The notes beneath the pieces are model-generated. The model searched no databases and was not told where the DNA came from. It saw only the letters and a list, made by a program, of their open reading frames with translations. The position numbers and the translations under genes are program-made. DNA of 64,000 nucleotides from Lama glama (taxonomy: Eukaryota): positions 33,978,001-34,042,000 of the forward strand of contig CM052816.1 of NCBI GenBank assembly GCA_028534125.1. Direction: 5' to 3'. Below, one piece after another: positions 42,131-54,791 of the stretch (position 1 is its first letter; the number at the start of each line of letters is the position of its first letter).

Positions 42131-42955
42131 AAATAATCTGCAAGTTCCTTACTCACTTAGAGCTGTGACTCAGACATTTTATACCTGAGATTATTGCTGA
42201 TGAGAAAACTCTCAATTATGACAAAAGACACCCTAGGAATATCATTCTTTAGTGTACATAATACTGGCTCTTAAAATATGACTGCCAAACAGATAAGAAA
42301 GATTTTATTACATGGCTACTAGCCAAAACCATTGAGCAGAAAATAGAGAGGAAATAAAATTATACTGTCTTGAAATCCAGGTGGGGTTTTGTACATACTT
42401 TCTCATTAAACATCTATCTAGTTGCCTATCTGAGTTTCAGAGGCAAAGGAAGAGCTATGAACATTTGACATTAGTTCCAACTAGATTGTAAATACTCAGT
42501 AGCTTGGGTTCACAAGCCAGGAGAGATGTGTTTATATTATTCACTTTCTGCAGCGTAGTTCTCTGAGCATAAATTTGTCCTCAATCTTTAGGAATCTTTT
42601 ACCTAGCACCAAAAAACACCTATATTCTAAGCTTAACAAGAAAAATTTAAAATATCCAAGTAACATATTTATGGGAAAATGAGAGAATATAGGTAAGTAG
42701 AAAGACACCAGAAGAGTCACTGTAATTCCACTTCTTAGTGAGAACATTTGTTAAATAAACTTCCCAACATTTAGTGTACACTTAAATACATGTGTATGTT
42801 AAAACCACATAAATGTGAATGAGTCTATATCTATCTCAGATTCAGCAAGTCTCCAAAAGGATGTACATGCTAAAGTGAACTACATGCAGCACTTAGTGAT
42901 GAATTGCTAAAGGAAGCATTTGATTACATTAGCCAACAATCATTACTAAGCATTC

Positions 42956-44194
42956 CTCCTTTTTTTTCCCTAGTTAAAAAAAATTTTTTTTTATTGAAGT
43001 ATAGTTGATTTTTAATGTTGTGCTAGTTTCTGGTGTACAACATAGTGATTAAGTCATATATATATACACACACACATATATATATACCTACACACATTCT
43101 TTTTCATTATAGGTTATTATAAGATATTGCATATGGTGCTGTATTGTAGGACTTTGTTGTTTATCTATTTTATATATATAGTAGTTTGTATCTGCTAATC
43201 CCAAACTCCTAATTTATCCCTTCCCTACCCTCTTTCTTTCCCCTTTGGTAACTATAAGTTTGTTTTCTATGTCTCTGAGTCATTTTCCTTTTCACAAATA
43301 AGTTCGTTTGTGTCATACTTTAGATTCCACATATAAGTGATATCATATAGTATCTGCCTTTCTCTTTCTGGCTTACTTCACTTAGTATGATAATTTCTAG
43401 GTCGAAAAATGGCATTATTTCATTCTTTTTTATGTCTGAGTAGTATTCTATTGTGTGTGTGTGTGTATACATATACATACATATACACACATGTACACAT
43501 CACATCTTGTTTATCCATCTGTTGATGGACATTTAGGTTGCTTCAATATCTTGGCTATTGTAAACAGTGCTGCTATGAACATTAGGGTGCATGTAGTCTT
43601 TTTGAATTGGACTTTTCTGTGGATATATGCCCAGAACTAGGATTGCTGGATCATATGGTAACTCTATTTTTAGTTTTTAAGACTCTCCTTTACCGTTTTC
43701 TATAGTGGCTGTACCAAATTACATTCCCACCAACAGTGTAGGAGGGTTCCCTTTTTTCCACACCCTCTCCAGCATTTATCATTTGTGTAATGGACAAAAT
43801 TCATTTTAGATTACTGTTTCTATACTTCTTTAGCTTGGAAACAGTGATAATGACAGAGAACATGAATGACTTCTTTTTTTCTCCAAAAACTCTTCTGCCT
43901 GTCATCTCTGACTTCTGATATTCCCCAGGTATAAGGGAAGGAATTTGGTGAATTGGGGAGAAGAATGATGGCCATTCTGACTGGTGTGAGGTAATACCTC
44001 GCGGTTTTACATTTCTCTGATAATTAGCAATATTGAGCAGTTTTATCTAGGACTTAAATTCCAGAATATACAAACAGCTCATGCAACTCAATAACAAAAA
44101 AGCAAACAACACAATCAAAAAGTGGGCAGAAGACCTAAACACACATTTCTCCAATGAAGACATATATCCATACGGATGGCCAACAGGCAAATGA
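42956..44194 (-). mobile_element. L1 with 5' inversion (twin-priming structure) and a foreign 180-bp insert
   Basis: TSD taagcattc at 42947-42955 and 44195-44203; antisense 3' part to ~44043; sense-oriented ORF2 piece ~44050-44194. Confidence 0.92.
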
Positions 44195-44843
44195 TAAGCA
44201 TTCTTTCATGAAGAGTTTAAGGGACAGATTTCCTTTGGAGAGGGCTGTGCTCTGTGCTCTGTGTCCTCCCTCTCAGGAGAGAGTCTACTTTGCCTCTAGC
44301 TTTGCAGGAAGCCATACATAGAAACCTGAGTGGTGTGCTTTGGTGTCATAGTGAAGGGAAGTGGCTCATGTGAAATACTCAGCACCTTTTGAAATGTATC
44401 AGGCCAAAAGAATAGTTGAGTGTTTTTCATGGTCAAAATACGGGCTGTTCAGGAGTGAGAAACATTAGTAGCAGACAGAATAGTGGAATGCAGGAAGGCA
44501 ACAGCTGCAGGGAGAAGTAAGGGCCAGCTAGAGGAGACACTGCTCACATTAATGTTGCTGCCTTTGGGAATCTCCAGGAAACATATTTATGACATGTGCT
44601 AGGCTCAGAGGGCAACAATGCCACATCAAAATAGTGCTAGGTAATGGAAATCCTTTCTGACTTCACTTCTCCCCACTTCACCAAATTCCTTCCCTCCTAC
44701 CCTTGGAAGATCAGAAGTCAGGGATGACAGGCAGAAGAGTTTTTGAGAAAAAAGAAGTCATTCATGTCCTCTGTCAATATCACTGTTTCCAAGCTAAAGA
44801 AGTGTAGAAACAGTAATCTAAAATGAATTTTGTCCATTACACA
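43784..44843. repeat. Inverted repeat, arms 43784-43963 and 44666-44843, spacer ~700 bp
   Basis: Hand alignment gives about 11 substitutions and 2 single-base indels over ~180 bp. Confidence 0.95.
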
Positions 44844-45099
44844 TGACTGGATGTTTTAATGATTCAAATTGAATTATAATAAAAGTGACAAAATATTTTT
44901 CTAAAGTGATCGTAAACTAGATCTGGCCTGATCTAGATTTCATCCAAGATATAGGAAAGAGCTAGAAACAAATAAAAACCAATTAGAAAGGAGAACCTGG
45001 AGGAGATGAAAGTGTTACCTTGCGTATACACTGTGTAATTCTGCTCTTTCAACATTATATGTACAAATACCCACACGTAAGCCATATACGAGACACCAG

Positions 45100-48000
45100 T
45101 AAATGTACATAATGAATTATACACACCATAAGTTTATACACATACAAAATGGGACTATATTTGACACAGTATATAAGAGTTTTACAGCTTTTTCCTCATC
45201 AATGTATAGTAATCAAATCTTTTTTTCTGCAGCATCATTTGTAATTACTTCAAAATAACCTTTGAATAGTTACCCATACGATTTAACTATTTCCCTGTTG
45301 TTGGCCATTTATATTATCTTGAATTTATGCATGTTTAGTGTTTGCTGAAATACTGTTAATACTGTTGTAATGAGTAATTAGTGAACATCTTTTCTTATTA
45401 CTTATAATAAGAGTGTGTAAGCATGGATTTGTAGTCAGAGGGACACGTGTTGTAGTAGTTGTTGACGTCGTACTTCTATACCATCACTCAGAAACCTTTA
45501 CCAGTTTATCCTTCCCACCAGTAGAGAATCATGTGCCATTCCCCACACACTCTGCATTATTAACTTCTAATGCACAACATTATTAACTTTTTTTGGTTAG
45601 CTGTTTTCTAATTTTAAAGTGAAAAATGCTGTATAATGATTGTTATAATTGGCATATCTTTGGTTATTACTGAATTATGGGTGTAATGTTTTTGCTAATT
45701 GATTTGTCTCAATGTTTTTATTTTCTAATTTTATTGGCCAGTTTACCATTTTTTGGCCCTTTTTTAGAAAGAAAGTCTATCTGTGTATCTTTCCTCAATT
45801 GATTCATAATTCTTTTGATATGTTAAGAATTTTAACACTTTGTCCCATGTATTGATATTATATTCCCCTGATAATCATTTACATTTGACCCTTGAACAAG
45901 GCGAGTTAGGGGCACTGACCCTCCTGGACGTCAAAAATCAGGTATAACTTATAGTCAGTACTCCCCATACATGGTTCCTCCATATCCTCAGTTCTGCATA
46001 TGAGGATTCAACCAACTGCAGAATCATGTAGTATTGTATTTACTGCTGAAAAAAAATCTATGTGTAAGTGGATCTATGCAATTCAAACCTATGTTGTTCA
46101 AGGGTCAGCTGTATATTTAAATTTCTTTTTTGTCATGCTAGCCATAAAACATTTTTCAATTTTTCTGTGGTCAAATGAATCATAATTCTCCCATGTTTAT
46201 TATTTTCCTTGGTGTCAAAATTAGAATAGCCTTCTTACCTTTATATGGTTATGTTTACATTTAAGTCTTAAGTCTAAATATAATTTAAGATGTAAAAATT
46301 GCCAAACATGAACCAAGTAACAAAAATAATAGGATGTGCACACCCAGGTACCCACATTGAAGAGATGCGAACTCTTTCCACATTTTATTCTCTTTATTCA
46401 TATTCTTTTTTTCTCTTTGTCTGTTTTTTAACAAAAAAATTACAGTTGCAAGTCCATTCTGACACTTCCATCCATTTACCTTCTTTCTGCAGAAGTAACC
46501 ACTACTCTAATATTTCAGGGTATTATTCATGTACAAATGTCTATAATTATTCTAGGTATAATATATCAATAAGCAATCTACCTCCTTTGTTTTAGGGTTT
46601 AAAATTTTTATTAAAATATTTCCAATATGTCTATGTATTTGCAACATGCCTTTTTACTCAACATTGTGTTTTTGAAATTTGGTAATGTGGCAATTGTTTT
46701 TTCCCCCAGCATTATACATTTTAGACCAACCTATGTTGATGGTTATAGATCTAGTTCATTCATTTTAACTGCTGTGTAGTATGCAAATATATGACTAAAC
46801 CTGAAATCATCTCTTGTGTTACACATGGACAATTAGGTAATTCCAACTTTTTAATTTCTGAATCCTAATCAGTGTTAGAATGAATTTTCTAGCTCATGTT
46901 TCCTTGGGAACATGAGTTAAGAACTTCCCAGAATAAGATCATACCTAGAAAAGGAATTGTTGAGTCATACAAATGTGCGTTATGAAGCTCTACTAGCTAC
47001 TGCCAAATTGTTTTATAAAGTGATCGTATAATTTATAGAATGACATGTAAAAATTCATGCTAATCCAAATTTTTTTGCCAAAAGTTAGTTGAAAGAGACT
47101 AAAATTTCTCAGTATGTGAAATGGTGTTCCAGTGTTGCTCTGCTTTGCATTCTCTTACTCCTTCTTCAGTTGTGCAACTCTTAATAGGTTGATTATTTCG
47201 AATCCTCTTCAGTGAAATAGCTGATCATTACACTGTGCCATTTTTCCTACTGTTTGAATTTTTTTCATTTATTTGATTTTTAAAATTTAAATTCAAATGC
47301 CTATTTTTAAGTTTTTAAGTTTACTGTATTTGATTTATAATTTTCTTAAAATATTCTGCACGTGTATCTTACTCAAAAAAATCCTTCCCTATCTTGATAC
47401 CCTAAGAATATTCTCCTATATCTTCTTGAGAAATTTCCACAGTTTTGTTTTTCACATTTTGGTATATAACCCATCTGGAATATTTTATTTTTGTGCTTAG
47501 TATAAGAGATCTATTTTTATCATTTTTCCTTAAAGGAATGCAAATCATCTTGGCATCATTTTATTGAATAGTCTATTCTTTGGAACAGATTTGTAATGCT
47601 ATGTCTGTCATTCTAGATTCATACAGTCTGTTTATCTGCTCAGTCCTTTGTTTTTCTGCTTCTTTCACAAATACTGCTTTAATGATTATAGCTTTGTGAT
47701 GAGTCTTTGAGTATAGCAGGGCAAATCCCCTTCTCTAGTTGTTCACGTACAACATGTCTTATGTATTTTGGATTCTTCGCTCGAATAGATTTTAGGATCA
47801 ATCTGTCCACTTCTACAAATAGTCTTGTTGGAAATTTTATTTGAATTGTAATGGGTTTATTGATCAGATGGGAATATTGGTGATCTCCATGATTGTTTTC
47901 CATTTCATTTACTTTTTCTTTCCTTTCATCCTTCATGAAATGATATAAATTTCTTACAACACTTCTTGCTGGATACTGCATAAAATATTGATCATTCTAT

Positions 48001-48390
48001 GTTGCTCTTGTTTTCCATAAAGAAATTTAAACTCTTAATAGTCTCAATAGGTTGTGGATTCACTTAAATGTCTGTGTATACATCATGGAACCTGTGAATA
48101 ACAGTACTATTTGTGTGCTTACTTTTTACTTGTGTCTAGACTAGGGTATCCAGGTAATCTTGGAAAAAAGTGGTACTAATGAGCATCTTTACCTTTTTCT
48201 CTGAATCAAAAAGAGATTCTTCTAAAGTCTCTCTGTATTTTTTGCTGCAGGTTTTGGGCTAGTATAGTTTCTAAGTTAAAGAAGACCTTCTCACCTCATA
48301 GTCTGATTAGAGTTTAAAATGAGTTTCTCTTGGGACTGAATAATTTGATGTTTTTAATATATTGAGATGATAAAATTTCTCACTTATTAG
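45100..48390 (-). mobile_element. Ancient L1ME-like fragments
   Basis: Decayed antisense L1 (ccatctggaatattttatttttgtg; gttggaaattttatttgaattgtaatg; gtggtactaatgagcatctt). Confidence 0.7.
45882..46111. mobile_element. Tigger2-family MITE (MER8-like)
   Basis: TIRs catttgacccttgaacaa / ttgttcaagggtcagctg, TA target duplication on both sides, 230 bp. Confidence 0.9.
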
Positions 48391-48394
48391 AGTT

Positions 48395-49554
48395 ATAAAT
48401 TATTTTATAGAATTATAGTTGATGTACAATATCATGAATTACAGGTGTACAACATAGTGATTACAATTTTTAAAAGGTCGTATTCCATTTAAAGTTATTA
48501 CAAAACATTGGCTATATTCTCTGTGTTGTCCAATATATCCTTGTAGCTTATTTATGTTATACATAATAATTTATAATTCTTAAGCTCCTACTCTTATCTT
48601 GCCCCCCCTCCATGGGTAACCAATACTTTGTTTTCTATAATTCGGAGTCTGTTTCTTTTTTGTTATATTCACCAGTTTTATTTTTTAGATTCCACATGTA
48701 AGTATATCATAAAGCATTTGTCTTTCTCTGACTTATTTCACTTAGTATAATTTCCTCCAAGTCCATTCATGTTGTAAATGGCAACATTCCTTCCTTTTTT
48801 ATGGCTGAGTAGTGTTCTCCTGTGTGTGTGCACGTGCATCTCTTCTATATCCACTCATCTGTTGATGGACATGTACTTTCCATATCCTGTCAATTGTAAA
48901 TAATGCTTCTATGAATATTGGAGTGCATGTATCTTTTTGAATGAGTGTTTTCTTTTTTTTTGGACATATACTGGGGAGTGGAATTGCTGGGTCATATGGT
49001 ACTTCTAGTTTGTTTTTTAAGAAACCTCTATAACGTTTTCCAGAGTGGCTGCACCAATTTACATTCCCACCAACAGTGTAGCAGGGTTCCCTTTTTTTGA
49101 TATTCTCTCCAACAGTTGTAATTTGTGGTCTTTTTCATGATAGCCATTCTGACAGGTGTGAGGTGATATCTCATTTTGGTTTTAATTTGCACTTCTCTGA
49201 CGATTAATGATGTTGAGCATCTTTTCAAGTGCAGGTGGTCATCTGAATGTCCTCTTTGGAAAAATGTCCATTCAGGTCTTCTCCCCATTTTTCAATTGGG
49301 TTGTCTGATTTTTTGACGCTGAGTTGTATGAGCTCTGTTTCTCCAGTTTGGGGTTTCCGCTTGGTTTATGGGACTTGACTATATTGTGAGTCTTAACTTT
49401 TAAAATCTTATTGTGGTTCCTTCTTTGTGTCTTTAGCTGTAGATGATCTTTTCTTGAAGGTTCTTGTTTATTCTTCATCAGTGGTTCTAATTTGGTTGTC
49501 CATTAGAAAAGGTGAGTTTCAGGGCTTTCTACTCCATCATCTTGGCTGTTCTCC
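48395..49554 (-). mobile_element. Internally deleted L1: putative 5' terminus (~49341-49554) joined to ORF2 C-terminus and 3'UTR
   Basis: [30 protein letters not shown] in the 3' part; minus strand starts ggagaacagccaagatgatggagtagaaag, like an L1 5' end. Confidence 0.8.
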
Positions 49555-49942
49555 TGGAATTGGTTTCTTTATTACTTTTGTCTTGGTTCTTCCAAACCAT
49601 GATTGATTTTGTTCAGTGCTAGAAGACTCTAGGGAAGGATCTAAACTGGGGAGAGTTAGTAGTTCCTTCTTTATAGGGAACCTGTATGCCCTCAGAAAGC
49701 ACTACTTACGTTGATAATTTTCTTATTATAAATTTACCTTGCATTACTGGTAAATATTGCCTTGAATTCTACCCCATCTTTTATCAATACTGGCAATACC
49801 ACTTTTTACAATGATTGCATATTTTACCATATTTTTTGCTTTCTATTTCTCCCAATTTTTGTGTTATTTTCTTTACCAGTATAGTTTAATAAAACAGCCT
49901 ATTTTTACATTTTATATTTTTCCCATTTCACACATTTTTTTT

Positions 49943-50355
49943 AAACAGCAGAAAGTCAGACAAAAGTTTAGAACATGTATACATGAGAAAGATCCAGAAA
50001 ACTGAGTAACTCACCAAAATGGCTGAAGTCCCTACCTTAAATAGCATTCTCAGCTGAAGACAAAGAAGGATGTTGAGGTTGGGGAGAGTCAGTTATGTGA
50101 GGTTCCAGGAAAAGCACAGTAAACAAAGTAAAGTTGTGATGTATGTGAGTCATGATTAGTTTTTAAAGATATGGTCATCCTCCTCTTCCAGGTTCAGCAA
50201 AGGAGACTTTCCTTCGAAATGTAAATGTTTCTTACAAAAGAGTAACTCCTACTGGTTTTTCAGAGTGTTTTTTATTTCTGCTCTTTCTTGGAAAATAACC
50301 AGCTCAAAATAATATTCCAAAAAGACACATTTTGGGTTGTCAAATTCTCCGTTTA
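49943..50355 (-). promoter_or_regulatory. 3' LTR portion (U3-R) of the ERV
   Basis: Minus-strand TATTTAA at 50043-50037, GCCATTTT at 50023-50016, decayed poly(A) signal near 49967, T8 run at 49935-49942. Confidence 0.75.
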
Positions 50356-52932
50356 GTGCCATCTTTGAAATTTCCTGAGTAAGTTTAACAGCCTAAGAAT
50401 CTTAAGTTGATGACTTCATATCTCTTTGAATACTTAGTTCAGTTGAACAGTTCTATCTTATTTCAGGAGATGGTGATGGGGCTGGTCTCTCAAAGTTAGT
50501 TCTATATTTTGTGAGAAATCAGATTTTTAATAAGGCGTTTCTATGAAAACAAAAGAAAAACAAAGATTAATAGTTGGAACAAATTATAAAACCAGTGTCT
50601 GAGTCTTAAGAAGTGCCAGTAGAGAAGTTCTAGATGTCAGGGCCAAAGCATCTTTCAGTTTGAAGTGTCGCCAATGATGTTGTTGCGTGTGCAGGTAAAC
50701 TTTCTGAGTGGCTGATACAGCAACAGACATGAAGACTCATCATGGGTTATTGTGATCTCTCAAATTTATACCAAGTTGTTCAGCTTCAGTTTGCTGGGCT
50801 TTAGAAAAAAGGACCTTCTTGGTTCTGAATGAAATCTAAGTCAGAAGTGGGAGATAAATTGGAAATGTTAATTTGAAGAGCTGCAGTGAAGTATTTGAGG
50901 AAACTTAATTCAGGATCCAGTCCAGTTTGCAGAAAAACAGAAACTCAAAGACAATTAACAGAACTACAATCTGCTATTCATAACTGTGTATTAAGTTTCT
51001 GCTGAAACACAATTGTTTTTTCTAAAATCACCTCCATTTCTACCAAAGGTGGCCAAATTGAGACTTAATTTGTTTGCAAAATAAGTTTAGTTTTATTAAA
51101 CTTAGCCTGTAAATTTTCATAAGTCCAGCACAAATAGCAACTGACCATTTACACTCTTACTGAATCTGTTTTGCTTGAATTTTTCATGAGGAATCTCCAG
51201 ACTGAACCTTTAAATGCCTTTTTGAGCCCAGGAAGCCACACCAAGAATTTGTCATCAGACTCGCCTGTAATATCTATAGATGTGGGTGTATGTATTCCTC
51301 TTCTTGATGTCCCCCAAATATACTGAGGTTCCTGTACCTTCCAGGAAGTGATATTCCTTTCTCACCTTTTTCAAGGGGATTTCTGGCTCTTTCATAAAGA
51401 TAATTTTAGTTCCTTAAAGGTGTCTGATCATATCTGAGTCCGTGCACATTCTCAAATATGATATTCTAGTCAAAGCTCTGGTAATGTAACCAGTGTTTTC
51501 AATTGTGTCCTGTTACGAGGAGAGTAAATCTTATTGAACTTATGTAAATAACTATACTGCCATCAAAATAAGACTACTTCCCAAGAGTTTCCAAATTCTG
51601 GAGGGATAGGTAGGGAGAAAAAGAAATGTGTGAATTCTGCTTACAAAGGTATAATTTTCCATATTGCTGTAAATCATAGTTAGCTTAAGAGGAAAGGTTT
51701 TCTTATATATGGAAAACAAAGATTAAGAAGCCAGTAATGTTATAGACAAAAATTCATAAAAATTATAATCATATTCATTAGTTCCTTCAGTCCTATGTAA
51801 CTAATTCTTGTTGACTTTTATCTTCTATTTCTCTGAAAGCTTTATGAAGCCATCAGGTTTTCCATTGGATTCTGTAATTTTATACCCAGTTCAGTGGTAT
51901 GTTCTAAAAGTTATCACAGACTATATTTATCAGAAAGTTCTGTATCTTCTTGAAGATGAAACATTTTTGCAAAACCATTAAAGTAAAATAGCTCTCTGTA
52001 AATGACAAAAGACTTCAGATGACATGGTTGAAGATCTGAATACAAGGCAGTTGACAAGGAAATTTGGTTATATCTGTGGCATATAACATTTTAAGAAAAT
52101 AACTGAAATATGCCTGAAAACATTATACCAGGACATAACTGAATTTCAGAAATTCCATGTAATTTCTAGAGGATTTATATTATAACATTTACTCATACAA
52201 TATAACCTAAGAAAATTTATTATCACAGATTTGACAATCTTCCAATAGCATTTAACCAGATAAACCTAATTAGTTAACATATCTTTAGTAGGGGGAGAAA
52301 ATAAGTATCTTGAAGTGTTCCAGGGACCCTTTGTAAAACCTCAAAGTTATTTTCATATCAGTAAGACTTCATTTAGAATTTGATTTTGTGTCAAAAATAT
52401 CAAACAGGTTTAATGCACATGGTCAAAAAGGATCATAGGCCACTGTGAAATAACACTTAAGTTATCCATGCAACCATGGTGACAAAAGACTTCAAAGGCA
52501 AAGACAGAAAGTTACAAAACATGACTTAAAAGGTAAAGGAACTTTTACACTCTGTTATCAAAGGCAGATTGTTATCAAATTGTTCAAGAAAACTTTGTCC
52601 TCTCAACAGAGAAAAATTCTAGCTTCTCACCACCTTACTTTTGATACTAAAATTTCACTCAATTAAATTTATTCCAATCTTTGCCATCTTGACCATGCAT
52701 AACTCTTTTCTCAATATTCTTTTTTTGCAAACCCTACATAGCTTCCTTTTTTAAACTCATTTTAGGACAAAAGTGTTCTTTTCTCTTAAAATGCACTTCC
52801 ATTCTTTCTTACATTAGTTTTAGTAGTCTTAATTACATACATTAATTAGAATTATTAAGTTTTAGAAATATTAATTTCTGGTGAAAACAAAGTCATAAGT
52901 AACTGTAAACTGCTGTTATACCAGTATTATTT

Positions 52933-54791
52933 TTTAAACTGAAGTATAGTCATTTACAATGTGTCAACTTCTGTTGTACAGCATAATGTCCCAGTCATGC
53001 ATATACATGCATTTATTTGTTTTCATATTCTTTTCCATTAAAGGTTATTACAAGATATTGAACATAGTTCCCTGTGGTATACAGAAGAAACTTTTTAAAA
53101 TCTATGTTTATATATAGTGGTTAACATTTGTAAATCTCTAACTCCCAAATTTATCCCTTCCCACCCTCTTTCCCCAGTAACCATAAGATTGTTTACCATG
53201 TCTGCAAGTCTATTTCTGTTTTGTAGATGAGTTCATAGTGTCTGTCTGTCTGTCTGTCTGCCTGCCTTCTTTTCTTCCTTCCTTCCCTTCCTTTCTTTCT
53301 TCCCTTTCCTTTTCTTTCTTTTCTCTCTCTGTGTCTCTCCCTCCCTCCCTTCCTTCTTTCCTTCCTTCCGTCCTTCCTTCCTTCCCACATATTAGTGACA
53401 GTATATGGTATTTTTCTTTCATCTTTCTGGCTTACTTCACTTAGAATGACGATCTCTAGGTCCATCCATGTTGCTGCAAATGGCATTGGTTCATTCTTTT
53501 TTATGGCTGAGTAGTATTCCATTGTATAAATATACCACAGCTTCTTTATCCAGTCACCTGTCAATGGACATTTAGGTTGCTTCTATGTCTTGGCTATTGT
53601 ATATAGTGCTGCTTTGAACACTGGGGTGCATGTATCTTTTTGAATTAGAGTTCCCTCCAGATATATGCCCAGGAGTGGGATTCCTAGGTCACATGGTAGG
53701 TCTGTTTTTAGTCTTTTGAGAAATCTGCATACTGTTTTCCATAATGGCTATGCTAAACTACATTCCCACCAACAGTGTAGGAGGGTTCCCTTTTCTCCAT
53801 GTCCTCTCCAGAACTTATCATTTGTGGACTTTTGAATGATGAACACTCTGACTGGTGTGAGATGATACCTCATTGTAGTTTTGATTCGCATTTCTCTGAT
53901 AATTAGTGATATTGAGCATTTTTTCATGTGTCTATTGGCCATTTGTATGTCTTCATTGGAGGATTGCTTGTTTAGGTCTACTACTCCTTTTTGGATTGGG
54001 TTTTTTAGGGTTTTTTTGTTATTAAGTTGTATGAGCTGGTTATATATTCTGGAAATTAAGCCTCTGTCAGTCACATCATTTGCAAATATTTTCTCTCATT
54101 CTGTAGGTTGTTGTTTTGTTTTGCTTATGGTTTCCTTTGGTGTGCAAAAGCTTTTAAATTTAATTAGGTCCATTTGTTTATTTTTGCTCTTATTTCAGTT
54201 GCCTTGGTAGACTGCCCTAGGAGAACACTGCTAAGATTTATGTCAGAATGTTTTGCCTATGTTTTCTTCTAGGAGATTTATCGTGTCTTGTCTTATATAT
54301 AAGTCTTCAAGCCATTTGGGGTTTATTTTTGTGTATGGCATGAGGGAGTGTTCTAGCTCATTAATTTACATGCAGCTGTCCAGTTATCCCAAGACCACTT
54401 GCTGAAGAGACTGTCTTTTTTCCATTGTATATCCTTGCCTCCTTTGTCAAAGATTAATTGACCATAGGTCTGTGGATTTATTTCTGGGCATTCTATTCTG
54501 TTACATTGATCCATAAGTCTGTTTTTATGCCAATATCATGCTGTTTTTGATTACTATACCTCTGTAGTATTGTCTGAAGTCTGAGAGGGTTATTCCTCCA
54601 GCTCTATTCTTTTTCCTCAATATTGCTTTGGCAATTCTGGGTCTTTTATGATTCCATATAAATTTTAGGATTGTTTATTCTAGTTCTGTAAAAAATGTCC
54701 TGGGTAATTTGATAGAGATCGCATTAAATCTGTAGATTGCCTTGGGCAGTGTGACTATTTTAACAATATTGATTCTAACAATCCAAGAGCA
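52933..54791 (-). mobile_element. 5'-truncated L1 inserted in the ERV internal region
   Basis: 16-bp TSD tataccagtatt(a/g)ttt at 52917 and 54792; ORF2 C-terminal peptides. Confidence 0.96.
53239..53385. repeat. Compound (TCTG)n/(TTCC)n polypyrimidine tract inside the L1 3'UTR
   Basis: Read directly; replaces the short T-run at this site in other L1 copies. Confidence 0.92.

Noticed and set aside
53193..53564. Arg/Lys/Glu-rich protein ORFs
   Set aside because: Translation of a microsatellite expansion in an L1 3' end
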